Positions 11,903 through 25,970 of a stretch of 64,000 bases of DNA are shown in pieces. Position numbers and translations under genes: made by a program. Source of the DNA: Sphyrna mokarran (taxonomy: Eukaryota); the NCBI GenBank assembly GCA_024679065.1, contig JAGIQG010000014.1:65658001-65722000 (forward strand), given 5' to 3'. The notes beneath the pieces are model-generated. The model made no database searches. It saw nothing but the letters and a program-made list of their open reading frames with translations, and had not been told where the DNA came from. Within the stretch, counting starts at the first letter, position 1, and each line of letters begins with the position of its first letter.

Positions 11903-13507
11903 CCACTGTGCTAGATAATTTCTCGTGGGAGTCATGCCATCAATACAAACAGGCTGAACACAGCGATAGAAATATTAACCACGAAAAATGATGGTTGCTA
12001 TGGGTTAGAGGATGGGCTTCAAGTCACAGGAATCTGTTTTCCAAATCTGCCTCCAAATCACTTGCATTCTCAGCTTTCTCCAAGGTCAGAGATTGGCCTT
12101 GTGACCAACATGCTTACAGGAGGCAGGTTGTAAATTTATAATGCTGTGATCCTCATTGATATTTAGGTTTTTGACTTGCTGTCAACATGGATTCCCAAAT
12201 GTATTGTCAACTCGGCAACTTACTCGAGGATGGGATATGATGGATCTTGGGGTTCGCTCCTACCCCCTGAATCCAGATCTCTGCCTGTGGAGCTTCCATG
12301 ATTTGATGTTTCTTTGGCAACTTCCACCTCTCTCACTGAGGTTTTCCGTCCTACATGAGACCTCCAATCTTTTGCCTAGACCTCCAAACCCGCTCCAGGC
12401 TTGGTAGCCCATCTGATTGACATTCCCTTCTTCCTGATCAACTCTCAACATTTCAATTTATTCTTCCTTCTGGTCAACCCACCCCATCAAACCCCTCCTA
12501 TATATCACTACTTTCCCCATTTTGATTTGTTCACCTCATGCACTGCCTTCCCTACATTCCCATCCTCCCATTAATCCCCAACTGTCTCCATGCTCCCTGT
12601 CCCAGTACAGATATATTTGTTGGAATGTACCCAATAACAAATTTGTATTGGATGTAATATGATCAATGGCAACAAGATGTAAGGGTCAGTTGACCACTAA
12701 AACATAAAATCAATTACAGAATGGTATAATAGTCAATTGATCAGCTGACTCACTATAAATAAGAACCTGTTAGAATTGTGGAGAGCTTGGATTGGCCCAA
12801 GACAAGGCCCCAGGTTTGAAGTAATGATGTTTCTTCATTAAATCCTTTCTCTGATTTATAAGTTGGAAGAGGTTTTATTTTGCTTTTATTGTCTGCATTT
12901 GAAGAATTACTTTTGATGAAACACTTGCTATTGTGGCTTTTCCTGACTTGCTGCTCACATTGCTGGAGGTGTAGTCTGTCATTCAGACCAGCCAGCAAGT
13001 GGGGAACCATTGGAATGCTACATAGTTAAAACACTGAGTGGAAGACTCTGATATGCAGTTTCTGACCAAGCTATTCTTTGCAGCCCAGGGAATTCAAAAT
13101 TCCCCTCCTCCCCTTGTAAAGATGGACAGATTAATTGTGCTCATGAGTAACAATAGGCTGTTCACTACAAAGGCGGCCCATATTAAATGGAGCAAACTGA
13201 TAGAGTCTTTCGAACAACTTATGATAAAGGAGAGCTCAATTGCCATAGAGTAGGATTATCCAGCTCCACCTTGACCGGACTCCTTGTTAGTGGCTGCAAC
13301 CTGCAAGCACCAATCCACTGACTTTTGGCAGGACTGGAAGTTCCCAGCAGTTGGCGAGGTTGGAAAATCCTGGCCATAGAACTGGGCATTGCTAGGATGA
13401 ACATAACTGCAGCAACAGAAACTCTCTCATTTTTTTTTAACGTGCCCTCCTTGGAAACATTATCCACTCCATAGATACAGGGCAGAATCTTACTGGACCA
13501 AAAACAA

Positions 13508-13818
13508 TCATACGTTCACAGAATCCTGTAGTACAGAAGGGTGCCATTCGGGGCATTGATTCTGCACCAATCACGATCCCACTGAGACCCATAACCTCAT
13601 GCATTTACTCTAGCTGGCCCCCTGACATTAAGATACAATTTAGCATCACCAATCCACCTAATCCACAAATCTTTGGACTGTGGGAGGAAACTAGCGCATC
13701 CAGAGGAAACTCGCACAGGGACGGTAGAATGTGCAAACTCTACACAGACAGTGACCCAAGCCGGGATTCAAACACGGGTCCCTAGGGCTATGAGTCAGCA
13801 GTGCTAACCACTATGTCA
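13508..13818 (-). mobile_element. HE1/V-type SINE
   Basis: Reverse-complement V-domain (ctttggactgtgggaggaaac...gtgcaaactc) and head (gcagtgctaaccact). Confidence 0.85.
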
Positions 13819-14031
13819 TGCTTCTTGAATTCTCAACTGAACTGGTAGGTGCCTAATTTACCAACCTGTCCGCAACATCACCAGCTCAACAATTTGATCA
13901 GCGGTCTCCTCTTAATTAGCCACTTTCCACCTCACCATCCAATTACGGACAAAATGCTGCTGACAGTCATGGGGTTGGCAGCTCTGAAGCCACAGAAGCC
14001 CCATGGGGAGAGCTGGTCACTGCTGGGATTG

Positions 14032-14228
14032 AACATAGAACATAGAACATTACAGCACAGAACAGGCCCTTCGGCCTTCGATGTTGCGCCGACCAATATA
14101 AAAAGCAATGCCCCTCCAAACTAAACCATTCCCTTCTCTTCCATATACTTATCAACTAACCTCTTAAACGCCACCAAACTTGGCGCATCTACAACTGCTG
14201 CAGGCAGGGCATTCCACTCCCGAACCAC
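14032..14228 (-). mobile_element. Young CR1/HER1-type LINE 3' end
   Basis: (ttctatg)n tail; differs from the copy at 54750-54938 at only 2 positions; gattg on both flanks. Confidence 0.9.
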
Positions 14229-14849
14229 AGATTGGGCACAGATTGAGAGGGCGCCTTAACATGGAGGCATCCTCACTTAGATCAGTAAAGACAGTGAAAT
14301 CAGAACGCATAAATATAATCGAGCAGCTGAATGGGACTTGGCATCATTTGTTCTTTAATATTGAACTCATTCAGAATGCCATCTCGTTTTTACCAGTGAG
14401 TTCTTTAATCACTATGAGACCGACTTTTGCTCTGAATGATTGATAATAGATTATACAGCACACCCTGGATGCTCCACATTTGAAGTCTTGACTTTTAAGT
14501 GGAACTTCCTCCATCAGTTTTTCCATTCAGGATCAGTAAATAGGTGATTCTCATAGGAGGAGATTCATACGTAGTCTCCTACCATGCTTCCTTGTATAAG
14601 TAAGTTATTGCACACTGTGTTTGAGTCATTTTTAACCTGTGTGTAAAGTTTTTTTGCTGACCACCACAAAACCAATTCACAGGTGTATGCATGCAGCAGG
14701 CAGACACACGAGAACCATGTGGTACCTTATGAATTACTTTAATCTGATGTGTACTGTACACATACAGGAGTTACTAACATATGAAACTGCCACACATATA
14801 TACATATAAGCACATAAATAATCCCTTTTACTCCATTTATCTGATACAT

Positions 14850-15400
14850 GCTCAGGTGTAGTTTTGGTCTCCTTTTCTGAGGAAGGATGTTCTTGCTCTT
14901 GAGAAAGTGTAGCAAAGGTTTACCAGGCTGATTCTGAGAATGGCGGGACTGATGTATGAGGAGAGATTGACTGGATTAGGATTGCTTTCGCTGGAGTTCA
15001 AATGAATGATGGGGATCTCATAAAGACTTAAAAAATTCTAATAGGACTAGACAGGGCAGATGCAGCAATGATATTCCCAATAGTGGGGGAGTCCAGAATG
15101 AGGGTGACAGTCTGAGGATTCAGGGTAGACCATTTAGGACAGAGGTATTTCTTCACCAAAAGCATGGTGAGCTTGTGGAATTCATTCCTACAGGAAGTAG
15201 TTAATGACAAAATATTGAATTTATTCAAGAGGTGACTGGATATAGCACTTGGGGCAAATGGCATCAAAGGTTATGGGGGTAAAGTAGGATTTAGCTGTTG
15301 AGTTGGGTGATCAGCCATGATTATAATGAATGGTGGAGCAGCTCAAAGGGTCAAATGGTCTCCTCCTATCTTATGTGTTTCTATGTCCCTATGTTTCTAC
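14850..15400 (+). mobile_element. CR1/HER1 LINE 3' end
   Basis: gtagttttggtctcc...ggggatctcataaagac...ttcttcacc...gtggaattca...tail gtttctatg. Confidence 0.85.
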
Positions 15401-15719
15401 GAATCAACATAGAGTTAATGTAACACGTGAATCGTTCCCTTTTATGAGTGTTCTGTATGTGTATAAAAGTTGACACTGGCATACTGGAATCTAATATTGT
15501 GCTACATCCAAGCCAGGCAGGAGAGTTTAATTACTCATGGAAAATGGGAATCAGCAAATTTGTATTCCCAAAAGCAGCAGGCAGTGAAAGAATACAACAT
15601 GTTTAGCATTAAATTTAAAAACACTTTACCCAACACCTTGCAGATGGAAGAGTTCTACTCTAATGTTGAGCGACTATTTGTTTCAGCACTTCCTTCAGAT
15701 TTAGATGAAACTCTGTGCT

Positions 15720-16007
15720 TAGGCCAGGGACCTGGGTTTGACTCCCAGTTTGGGTCACTGTTTGTGTGAAGTTTGTACACTCCCCCCAAGTCTGTGTGGG
15801 TTTCTTTTGGGTGCTTCAATTTCCTCCCACGGTCCAAAGATGTGCTGATTAAGTTGATTGGCCATGTTAAATTGCCAATTAGTATCAGGGGGATTAGCAG
15901 GGTAAATATGTGGCATTACGGGCATAGGACAGGGACGGATTGCAGTTGGTGCAGACTTGATGGGCTGAATGGCCTCTTTAGGGATTCTATGAATCTATGA
16001 TTCTATG
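15720..16007 (+). mobile_element. HE1 SINE (5' truncated)
   Basis: B-box, V-domain, tail gattctatgaatctatgattctatga. Confidence 0.85.
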
Positions 16008-16906
16008 AACGAAAAGCCCTCTGCCATTTAATTGCTCATTATTTATAATTCTGCTCTCTCTCAGATTGAGTCAGGTGCGGACATTGCAAAGAGCCATAGA
16101 GATTGTTCGAATGGAATGTTTTTGAGAAGCAGAATGAAGAACAGTATTAGTGTCCTTTTCAACACTTTGGCTGTTTTTCTGTATTCCACTTGGAGAAAGG
16201 GTTGATGAAAATCAGCCCAATCGAATACAAGCACAGGCTTTGGGGAGAGAGCTTACTTTCATTAAAAAGCTTTTGTGAAAAGAAGATGGTTGCAATCTTC
16301 TGCTGAACAGATGCATCTTCAAAAGTCAATGGAAAAGTTAACTTTAAATGTATCTTTGACATAAATATTCATAAATTCTGATGAAATGGTCAAAATAATT
16401 ATTGCGCGAGACAGGTATGTTCATTCTAAGCATGATCTTGAACAACATAGCCACTTGTGAATCTTTCCCTGGCAGAGTAATTCCAATCACTCTTGGAAAA
16501 AAAAAGCCTTATATGTACTGGGGCGTTCTTTCCCAGATCCTTTGTCTTTCACCTGCATCTCGTTTTGCTATTTTAAGTAGAAAAGTTCAATTTTCACCAC
16601 TCCTTTATCTTGGTCTATGTATGATTCCCTGAGGGAGAGAAGCTAGGAAAGTAATTTTCTCTTCTTGTATCAAGCCATGAACTCATTATACTCAATATTG
16701 CTCTGTAAAATTCATGAGAGATTGACTTGTTTCTCAACTTTGCTCTCCAGCACCCCACTCCACCCATCCACCTCAGTGTTTTACTCCAGTATTGCAAGTG
16801 CCTGGCCTCTGCTCAGCTCAATTCATCAAGAACTTGCACCTGGATGGGATCCAAGCTCTATCACATCAATACCTGGCAAAGCGCAATGTATTTTTCCATC
16901 TTACAG

Positions 16907-17282
16907 TTCATAGAATCATAGAAACCCTATGGTACAGAAAGAGGTCCATCAAGTCTGAACCGACCACCAACCCACCCAGACCGTCCTCTCATATCTCTAC
17001 ATATTTATCCACTAATTACTTTAGCCTACACATCTCAGGACACTAAGGGCGATTTTAGCATGGCCAATCAACCTAAGCCACACATCTTTGGACTGTGGGA
17101 GGGAATCAGAGCACCCAGAGGAAACCCATGCAGACACAAGGAGAATGTGCAAACTCCACACAGACTGAGACTCAAGCTGAGAATCAAGGTCCCTGGGATT
17201 GTGAAGCAGCAGTGTTAACCACTGTGCTACTGTGCTGCTCCACTGTGCTATGGTGCCTCCCAACTGTGCTACCGTGCTGCTA
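16907..17282 (-). mobile_element. HE1 SINE with triplicated 5' head
   Basis: Tail tcatagaatcatagaa, V-domain, three tandem actgtgcta units at 17221-17280. Confidence 0.85.
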
Positions 17283-17439
17283 TTGTAAGGGGTTAGTTCC
17301 ATCAAGCAGCACTTACATAGCGATAATCTGCCCACTGATTGGTAGTTTGGATTCCTCCAGGATTGCTCAGTTCCGAACCTCATTTCAGCCTTTGTCAAAA
17401 CCTGAAAAAAATAGCTGAACTTGAAAGCTGAGATGAGCA

Positions 17440-17985
17440 ACAGGAGCAGGTCAGAGGCTGGGAGTTCAGTGGTGAGTAGCTCACCTCTTAAATAGCCAAA
17501 AACTATCCACCATTTACAAGGCACAAGTCAGGAATGTGATCCTCTTGACTGGATCAGTGCAGCTCCAACAACACTCAGGCATCTCACCCACCACATTAAA
17601 CATTCACTCCCTTCACCACTGATACAAAAAGGGTTGCAGCAGTATGCACCATCTACGAGATGCACTTCAGAAACTCACCAAATCTGCAACTTCTACCACA
17701 TAAAAGGAAAAAGTCCACAGACACATGGGAATACTACATTCATACTGTTCTCCAAGCCATTCATTATCCTGATTTGGAAATATATCACCATTCCTTCACT
17801 GTCACTGGGAAATTTGGAAATTCTCTCTATAACAGCACTATGAGTGTATCTATATATCCAGGTAACAATGGTTCAAGAGCACAGTTCACTACCACCTTCT
17901 CAAGGGCAATTTTAAGGATGCATAATAATCACTGGCCGAGCCAGTGATGCATATTTCCTGTCAAATAATAGATTTTTTTTAAAAG
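17440..17985 (+). mobile_element. CR1/L2-group LINE (second family) 3' end
   Basis: ccacatttacaaggcacaagtcagg (TIYKAQVR motif) and tail ctcaagggcaatt...gccagtgatgc; same family as 39741-40262. Confidence 0.75.
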
Positions 17986-19681
17986 TTCCAGCTTCCAATA
18001 TGGGAATATTGTAATTATGATGAAACTTATGACATTTGCTGGATATCTTGTTCACGTGAATCAATTTATATATTAATTGTAACATGTCAAATTGCTGGAT
18101 ACTCTAAATCGGAATCTATATGAAATGCCAGGTATGGTATTTTCTATACACTTCATTAGCAATAGTCAAGAGGTTGGCCCACTCTGTTACTGAGGCCTCA
18201 ACATGGTGGACAGGAAGGATGCACGCATTTTTAGCTAGGGTAAGGAAGAGTAAGTGGCGTCTTTCCCCCATGAAGGGAACATTAGATCCTTTCCATATAC
18301 AAATGATTGGCCTGTGAGTCCCCACTCTAAGATTGGTTTGCCTTTAGTCAGCTTAAGCTAATTCCTGCAACAAAGAAAGTAACTTATCTGAATGTGGAGA
18401 ATGAGTGTTCCTCTAGACCCCACATGAAAGGACCTATTCAATACTCCCAATTTTCCCACCTCCATCACTGCCACTCCTGTAAGGCCCCTGACCCCAAGCT
18501 TCTATTCCCCTTCTACATTAATCCATACTGTGCCTCTGTGAGCAATCAAAAATGATCATGGTCTAATTTCTAAAAATAAAGTCTTGCTAACTTGTAATAT
18601 TTTATTTCAAAAGGTATTCCTCTAATTTTCATTGTGTTAAAAAAACTATTACTTGTAGTCCGTGCTTTCCGAGCAGTGTCAATTGTGTATCAACTCATGT
18701 CAATGCTATTTATTCACCCATAGGGAATTTTTAATGTGTTTTATCAGTGAACCTTTTTAAATCTACAATTGATTTTTACAGGTGGCTGCTTTTAATCCTA
18801 ACTATTATTAAGATCTACTGCTGAATTTTCATTGATTGAGCTATAAAAGATTCAATCAATGTTAAAGACTTCATGAAGGTTGTATTATTGGAATTTATTC
18901 TTTCAGATATCAATATGATGTTAACAGAAGTAGGCAGCTTATCTGGAGTTGCTAGCGATTGAATATTATACCCGTATAAAGTGCTGCTCTCTGACACACA
19001 GTGGAGACATCATAACTGAGTAATTTAATCCATACTGTCAGTTGTACTCAAGGTAAATGAACATATTTTGTGATAATTTGATTATTTACTCATTTTTTTT
19101 TCTCAAGAGCATTCAGATTTCTTTCTTCAGCCCATTCAGATCATTATTCCAAGCCTCTAGATTAGTTGTTCAGTATCATTCTTGGGTGAAGCAAAGTTGT
19201 CACACCTTTCACAACTTCAAGATGCTGCAAAGTGCTTTTGAATTTCAGTCACCACTGTAATGGTAATAAACTTTCAATTTTTCCTAAGAATATGTGAATA
19301 AAATGCACACCTGATTATCAATGTTCAGTTTCTTGGTGGAAAGCAATAAGCGCGATAACACTTTGGTTGGTGTTTTTTTACAGCTTTATACTGCTGCTGC
19401 CTTTATACATTTTGTAGTACACCTTTCCTAGTTTTCATTGAAGGAGATTGCTTTTGTGTATTAGTCCATTAGTTTCAGAGAATTTTGTATTTCATTGGTG
19501 CTTAATTTTATTAGTTCTTTCTGCATTTTGGATTTGTTAACTTATTTTATCATATTCAGAGTGATTGTTGTGATTTATAAGTCTAAAGTATGTATATACG
19601 ATATGCATAGTTAATTTGATATAAAGATATTTAATATTGGAGAAAGAGTATTTTAAAATGTTAGGGTTATCAATGTAACTA

Positions 19682-20080
19682 TGTTGTGGGGAGATTTGAA
19701 AAGGTGGCCAATTGTGCCTTGAACTAAGATAATTCAAAACTCACAAGCAAATATCTCTGTGTAAAGTTGTACAAAATTTATTTAACACAAAACATAAAAC
19801 AAAGCAATACAACTGTACAGCCAACTGGAGACTTTCAAAGAGTTAAATAACTCTATGTACACAGCGACAAAACCTCTCCAAAACATCTGAAGTACAGAGT
19901 CAAGTACAGAAGTACAGATCAATTATACTTTTTCACAATCAATAATTCTGCCCTTCATTAACTTAAAATCAATTTCATTTAACAGCTGTACATCAATAGA
20001 GGCATCTGTCAAATACTTTAACTAACCATAAAACATTTAATAGCATGGTGATATTCTCTCCCTTTTTGGCCCTAACTACA
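19682..20080 (-). mobile_element. Possible solo LTR
   Basis: Minus strand begins TGTAGT and ends ttcaaatctccccacaaCA with an internal AATAAA; a similar end ttcaagtctcccacaa lies near 46835. No convincing TSD. Confidence 0.3.
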
Positions 20081-20967
20081 TACCTGGTAATGGCAGATGC
20101 TGTGCAAGGTCAAAATGGATGTTTCCAGTGGTTCACTGCCCAATTGATTAGACATTTTTTTTGCATCCAGGGGCATATCGATTCTTGGCAGTGTCTGGGC
20201 AGTGAATGCATCTATTCATTAATGCTGCATAATATGTCCCCTCATTTGAATTCCATCTGATAAGATTTATTGACTAATCTGTTCCCAGACCTTTGGCTTT
20301 AAACTATTGACTTTTACCACCATGCCTTTGCTTGACTAAAGCATACATTACCTTGAAATGCATTTAAAATATCAGCATATATGTTTTAAAATCAGAATTA
20401 CTTGTCTTAATCCATTTACTGCAATAACATATGTGTAAGCTGTTTGTGTTAGTATGCCCAATAATTATTTTACTCCTTATTGCTTTCTTGTCTTTTGAAA
20501 GACTGCATTTTATCTATAAATTTTATTAGCTAGTTAGAAATCCCTATCCACAGGCTATTACTTCACTAGATCTCTATTTTCTCAGTTCTGCCTTATGGTA
20601 TATACATTTTGAAATCTGTTTTTGGACTTTCGCAACTCAAAATAATCTAGAAAGTACTTAGATTCTTTCTCCTTCGCATTGATACATTTCCATTCAACAA
20701 ATGCATTTAGTCATCTATATTCCTGCCCTTGAGATAATGATGGGTTCATTTCATACCTGTTAAAGAGATTATCTTTTATTTTTTCACAGAGTGTGGGCAT
20801 CTCTACTAGACCAGGATTGTTTGCCCATCCCTAATCACCTTTGAAATGGTGATGGTGGGTTGGCTTCTTGAATTATTGCAGTAGGTACACACATGATACT
20901 GCTGGGAAGGAAACTTCAGATATTTGACGCAACATCAATGAAGGAACAGTTGTGGTGTCAACCATGG

Positions 20968-21780
20968 TTGGGTGGGTAATAGTTTCATCACAGTCAGAAG
21001 GTCGTACATTCATATCCTACTTGGGAGAATTGAGCAAATAGACCAGATCGCCTTTGCACAGCAGTACAGAGGATGCAGTGCTGCTTTGGAGGTATTATCT
21101 TTTAGATGAGACATCAAACCAAAGCAATATCTACCCTCTCAGGTCAAAGGAAAACATCTCATCATGCTATTTTGATGTAGGGTTCTATCCTGATCCTTCA
21201 ACCAATATTACTAACAAAAAATTATTATTATCATAATGCTTTTGTGTGATGTTCTTGTAAGCGACCATACATACCAAGGATTCTGCCCTCCATTTTGAAA
21301 TGAAGAGCTAGTCTGTACATCTTTGCTTTTGCACGTCTTTATTATACTATTAACATTTGCTCTGGACCAATATTTTCTGTCTTTAATACTACTGTCACCA
21401 CTCCCTTTACCTTGTGCTCCATGGTAATCTTATCTTTATCTTATAATTTTCCTGCTGTCTAAATTATCCTGGATCTTCTCTCCTTTTTCAACAATATAAA
21501 GCACATTACCGTCCTTTCTCTCCTCAGTACCCAAAAAGAGTGATATTGGACTCAAAGTATTCACTCAGTTTCTCCCAACCTACAGATGTTACTGGACCTG
21601 CCATGTTTTCTCAGCACTTCCTGTTTTTATTTGCTGTGTGCAACGTGGTTGCCATTGATTGTTCCTGTGCCAAGAGGTAATACTAGCATTACTAATATTA
21701 ACATTATTAATATTAATATTAACACTTCAAAAATACTGAGTTGATTGTGAAAGAATTTGGAATATTTTGATGTTATATGG
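20968..21780 (+). mobile_element. SacSINE1-like Deu SINE with nested Penelope-like fragment (about 21270-21632)
   Basis: agtcagaaggtcg...tttagatgagacatcaaaccaaagcaatatctaccctctcagg; resumes ttgctgtgtgcaacgtggttgcc after acagatgttactggacctgc. Confidence 0.65.
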
Positions 21781-22444
21781 TGTGGAACAGAGTATGGACA
21801 CTTGCTGAGAGGAGGGAAATATTAAATATCTTTCTAAAAATCTAATATAGTCTGTATTTGTGTTTGATATTTAACTGCAAGTATTGTTTAACTTGTAACT
21901 CATCCAGGGCCGAAGTGGAGGGAGAGAAGCTATCTATCAGTGGCAACTTATTTATTTTGACAGTCATATACCAGAAACCCAGTTCCTAGCTCATAGTTTC
22001 TTGAATTCTGCTAACTTTAGCTCAAGGCTTGGCCTATTGAACTGATATTCTATTGTTTAATTACTGTTCATTTATTATATAAACACAACGTAGCATAATA
22101 GAGTGTAGAACCGTTCAAGCTTAATCTATTTCCAGGGATTTGCATAATTAAGTGTAAAGTATTTTTAATGAAGGCATGTTCCATCAGTGTTACATTTTAA
22201 GTCATCATGTAATGATTTCGTCTTGAAATTCACCTTTAACCCTCAAAAACAATCTAAAATTAAATTTCATCAAACAAAAATTTGAACACAGTGACTGCCC
22301 ATCATCTAAATGTTGGGAGCAACAGTGGTTTTATTCTAACCCACTACGTAAATTACTCCAGCGTAATCCAGACCAAATTTGTAATCATACGATCCACAGT
22401 TCAATCAATCTTTCATTTTGGAAAACAAGCCAACGGGATTTTTT

Positions 22445-22755
22445 TACTGGCCAGCGTTTATTGCGCATTCCTAGTTCCTGGAAGACAGTTGAGAGTTAAC
22501 AACATTGCCATGGCTGTGGAGTCACATATAAGCCAGACCAGGTAAGGATGGCAGATTTCCTTCCACAAATGACATTAGTGAACGAGGTGGGTTTTTCTGA
22601 CAATTGACAATGGTTTCATGGTCATCAGCAGATTCTCAATCCAGATAGTTTTTATTGAATTCAAATTCTAGCGTCTGCAATGACAGGATTTGAACCCAGG
22701 TTTCCAGTTTCTGGAGTAATAGTCTAGTGATAATAAAACTAGGCCATCCTCTCCC
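22445..22755 (-). mobile_element. tRNA SINE, second family (Meta-domain-like centre)
   Basis: Reverse complement of 40836-41188. Confidence 0.8.
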
Positions 22756-23154
22756 TGGTAATCACAGTATATGGCACCACCAACCAATAGGATGCTGCCC
22801 TGCTACAATGTTGTCAGTAATGGCCAAATACAGGAGAGTAATCACTTCAGTTTCAAACATTTTTTGATTCATCTCCTTTACAGTAAAGTCAAACAGGTTA
22901 AATAAGAAATCCAGGACTGACTCATTGAGTAAATATATATAATTATATGCTGACATCATGCTTTCCTTGTCAAAGTCAATTTTTTTTTATCTTGGCTTGC
23001 TGTGAAAAGAAGCAACAGAAAGAGAATTCAATCATATTGGTAAGAGTATTTTGACAGATTCAGTGTCCTTTGCATCAGATATCAGGAAATATTGAATCAG
23101 TTACAACACTGACAACACAACATTGCGGCAATATCCTAACATATGCTTTTCTTA

Positions 23155-24515
23155 CTAGAAACATAGAATTATAGAGGATAGCAGCATGGAAACAGGCCCT
23201 TCAGCACAACTTATCCAGGCCGCGCAGTTTTTATAACTGAGCTATTCCCAATTGCCACATTTGGCCCATATCCCTCTATACCCATCTTACCCATGTAACT
23301 GTCTAAATGCTTCTTAAAAAACAATATTGTCCCCACCACTACTACTACAGCTCATTCTGCAGTAGTAGCATCTGGAAGCTCATTCCAGATGCTCACCACG
23401 AAGAAATGCTCTTGCATCCTTTTGTATCTCTCCCCTCTCACCTTAAACTTATTCCCTCTAGTTCTAAACTCCCCTATCTTTGGGAAAAGATTTTGACTAT
23501 CGACTTTATCTATTCCCCTCTTTATAAGATCATCCCTCAGCCTATGATACTCCAGAGAAGAATTGTCAGTTTATCCAGCCTCTCCTTATAACTCAAACTA
23601 TCAAGTCCCGATAGCATCTTAGTAAATCTTTTCTGCAATCTTCTAATTTAATAATATCCTCTCTATAATAGGCTGGCCAGAACTGAAACAATATTTCTCG
23701 TGTGGCCTTACCAATGTCTTGTACAATTTCAACAAGCCATTTCAACTCCTGTATCCAATGTTCTAACCAATGAAACCAAGCATGCCAAATGCCTTCTTCA
23801 CCATGCTGTCCACCTGTGGCTCCACTTTCAAGTACTTATGAATCTGTACCCCGAGATCTATTTGTTCTGTAACTCTCCCCAGTGTCCTACTATTAACTGA
23901 GCAAGTGCTGCCCTGGTTCAATCTACCAAAATGCATCACCTTGCATTTATCTAAATTAAACTCCATCTGCCATTCATCAGCCCATTGGCACAATTGATCA
24001 AGGTCTTGTTGCAATCCAAGATAACGTTCTTCACTTTCTACCATGCCACTAATCTTGGTGTTATCTGCGAACTTACTATCATACAAATCATTAATGTAAA
24101 TGACAAGTAACAGTGGACCCAGCATCGATCCCTGAGGTGCACAGCTGGTCACAGGCCTCCAGTTTGAAAAACAACTCTCTACAACCACACTCTGTCTTCT
24201 GTCATCAAGTTAATTTTGTATCCAATTGGCTACCTCACCTTGGACCCCATAAGATTTAATGTTATGCAATAACTTACCATGCGGTACCTTGTTTTATGGA
24301 TGAAAAGGGAATGGTTTAGGTTAGAGTGTCATTGCTTTTTCTTAATTGGTCGGCGCAACATCGAGGGCCGAAGGGCCTGTTCTGCGCTGTAATGTTCTAT
24401 GTTCTATGTTCTATTGTTAAAGACTTCGCTAAAGTCTGAGTAGACAATGTTGACTGCACTGCCATTAACAATCTTCTTGGTTATCTCTTCAAAAAACTTA
24501 ATCAAATTTGTGAGA
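23155..24515 (-). mobile_element. CR1/HER1 LINE RT and 3' end (decayed)
   Basis: ORF 23763-24188: WRPVTSCAPQGSMLGPLLLVIYINDL..SKFADNTK..LQQDLDQL..W..WQMEFNLDKCKVMHFG. Confidence 0.92.
24294..24413 (+). mobile_element. Young CR1-type 3' tail nested antisense in an older CR1
   Basis: ttggtcggcgcaacatcgagggccgaagggcctgttctg...(gttctat)3; ttgtt on both flanks. Confidence 0.85.
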
Positions 24516-25781
24516 CCATTTGACTATTCCTATTCTATTTCCCATGGTTAGCAGCATCCTTAAAAGTTATATGGCAGTGGGGTACATGGGATACATACTT
24601 TATATTAAAAGTTGGTTCAAGAGAATGCACAGTTGTTCAAAATGGATTGAAGTGCCATAGCAAGGCATGGAGAAGCTTGAGGGACCATTGAGGGTGAATG
24701 AAAGGGCAGAGCTTGGCATGGAAGAAATAAGGAACCATAAGTAATGGGTGTAAGAGTACAGCTTGGATGCATGAGAAGATATAGCGGTTGGGTATAACAG
24801 ATGATATGATCCATGGGGATGATCTTTTGAAAGGTTCCTTTTTGCAGACTTGGGTTTATGACTTCCCTGCAGGGCCACATGTCTTTAAAAGACTGGTCCA
24901 AGCCCATGAAAGTTGCAGAGGAGCAAGACAGGCCTGTGTCCGCAATGAAGCCAGCCAGGGTGCGGGCTTTTGACAGGAACCAGTCCATACCGTTTAAAGA
25001 AATACCCAAAAATCAGTCAACCTGGATACAGAGTCAGGAATCCCAGAATCAGGCTTGCCATTGTTATAGGGTCCGGACTCATCCCAACTCAGTGAAAACC
25101 CTGCTTGTGATTCTGAGCAGCAATGGAAATCTATATGGTGTTATGATAAACTTTGATGGTTGCAGTTTTAATCATCAGTCTATTTTGAGTTAATTGATCT
25201 TTTCTGGGGCACTAAAGGTAAGCATGGGAAGATTTGCTCTGAGCTCTTCATAATAAAATCATTGTTGTTGGGTCAAAGTCCTGGAATTCCCTATTTAACA
25301 GTTCTCAGTGCAGTGCCTTCACTGTATCTACTGCAGCATTGAAGGAGGTGAACTGCCATCACCTTACCAAGGGCAACTAAGGGTGATTGCTCATTTTGTC
25401 ATCAAAGCTACATCCCGTGAATTAATAAAATGAATGAAATTCTCCTCAGTAGATGTATAATTTTGTTACCGGAAGATCTTTCTTACAGATTCAGTTAGCA
25501 TGAGATGAGGTATTTGCTTATCAAGGTTTGCTTTGATAGGTGGTTCCTCATTTTGTTCTTTCAACTCAAGTGAATTTAGTCAATCTTTTCTTCTCCTCAA
25601 ACTAATAATCATTTCCCCGTGGTACAAATCACTGTCCTGAATTTTTCAGATGGTGAGATCTTGCTTCCTGCCATCCAAAGGTGTTTCTCAGCAGTTCTGA
25701 GTGTCACTCAGTCTTTTCACGTTTGAAAGCATATTGATTGGCTGCATATAAGAATTCTGCCCCTCACATAGGATGATAAAA

Positions 25782-25970
25782 CCATAAGACACAGAAGCAG
25801 AATTAGGCCGCTTGGCCCATCAAATCTGTTCCACCATTCAATCATGGCTGATATTTTTCTCATCCTTATTCTTCTTCCTTTTCCCCATAACCCCTGATCC
25901 CCTTATTAATCAAGAATCTATCTATCTGTATCTTAAAGATACTCAATGACCTAGCCTCCACAGCCTTCTG
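25782..25970 (-). mobile_element. CR1 LINE 3' tail
   Basis: accataagacacagaagcagaattaggcc...ccattcaatcatggctgat...ttccccataaccc. Confidence 0.75.

Noticed and set aside
12615-12870. Solo LTR (TG start, TATAAA, ATTAAA)
   Set aside because: No defined CA end, TSD or second copy.
16258-16317. 60-nt minus-strand exon (DASVQQKIATIFFSQKLFNE) and similar short AG-GT candidates near 5104-5221, 8620-8697 and 4828-4859
   Set aside because: Splice-like sites are frequent by chance and no peptide is recognisable.
23763-24188. Functional reverse transcriptase gene
   Set aside because: Short remnant with a deletion, altered catalytic motif (FADN) and flanking stops.
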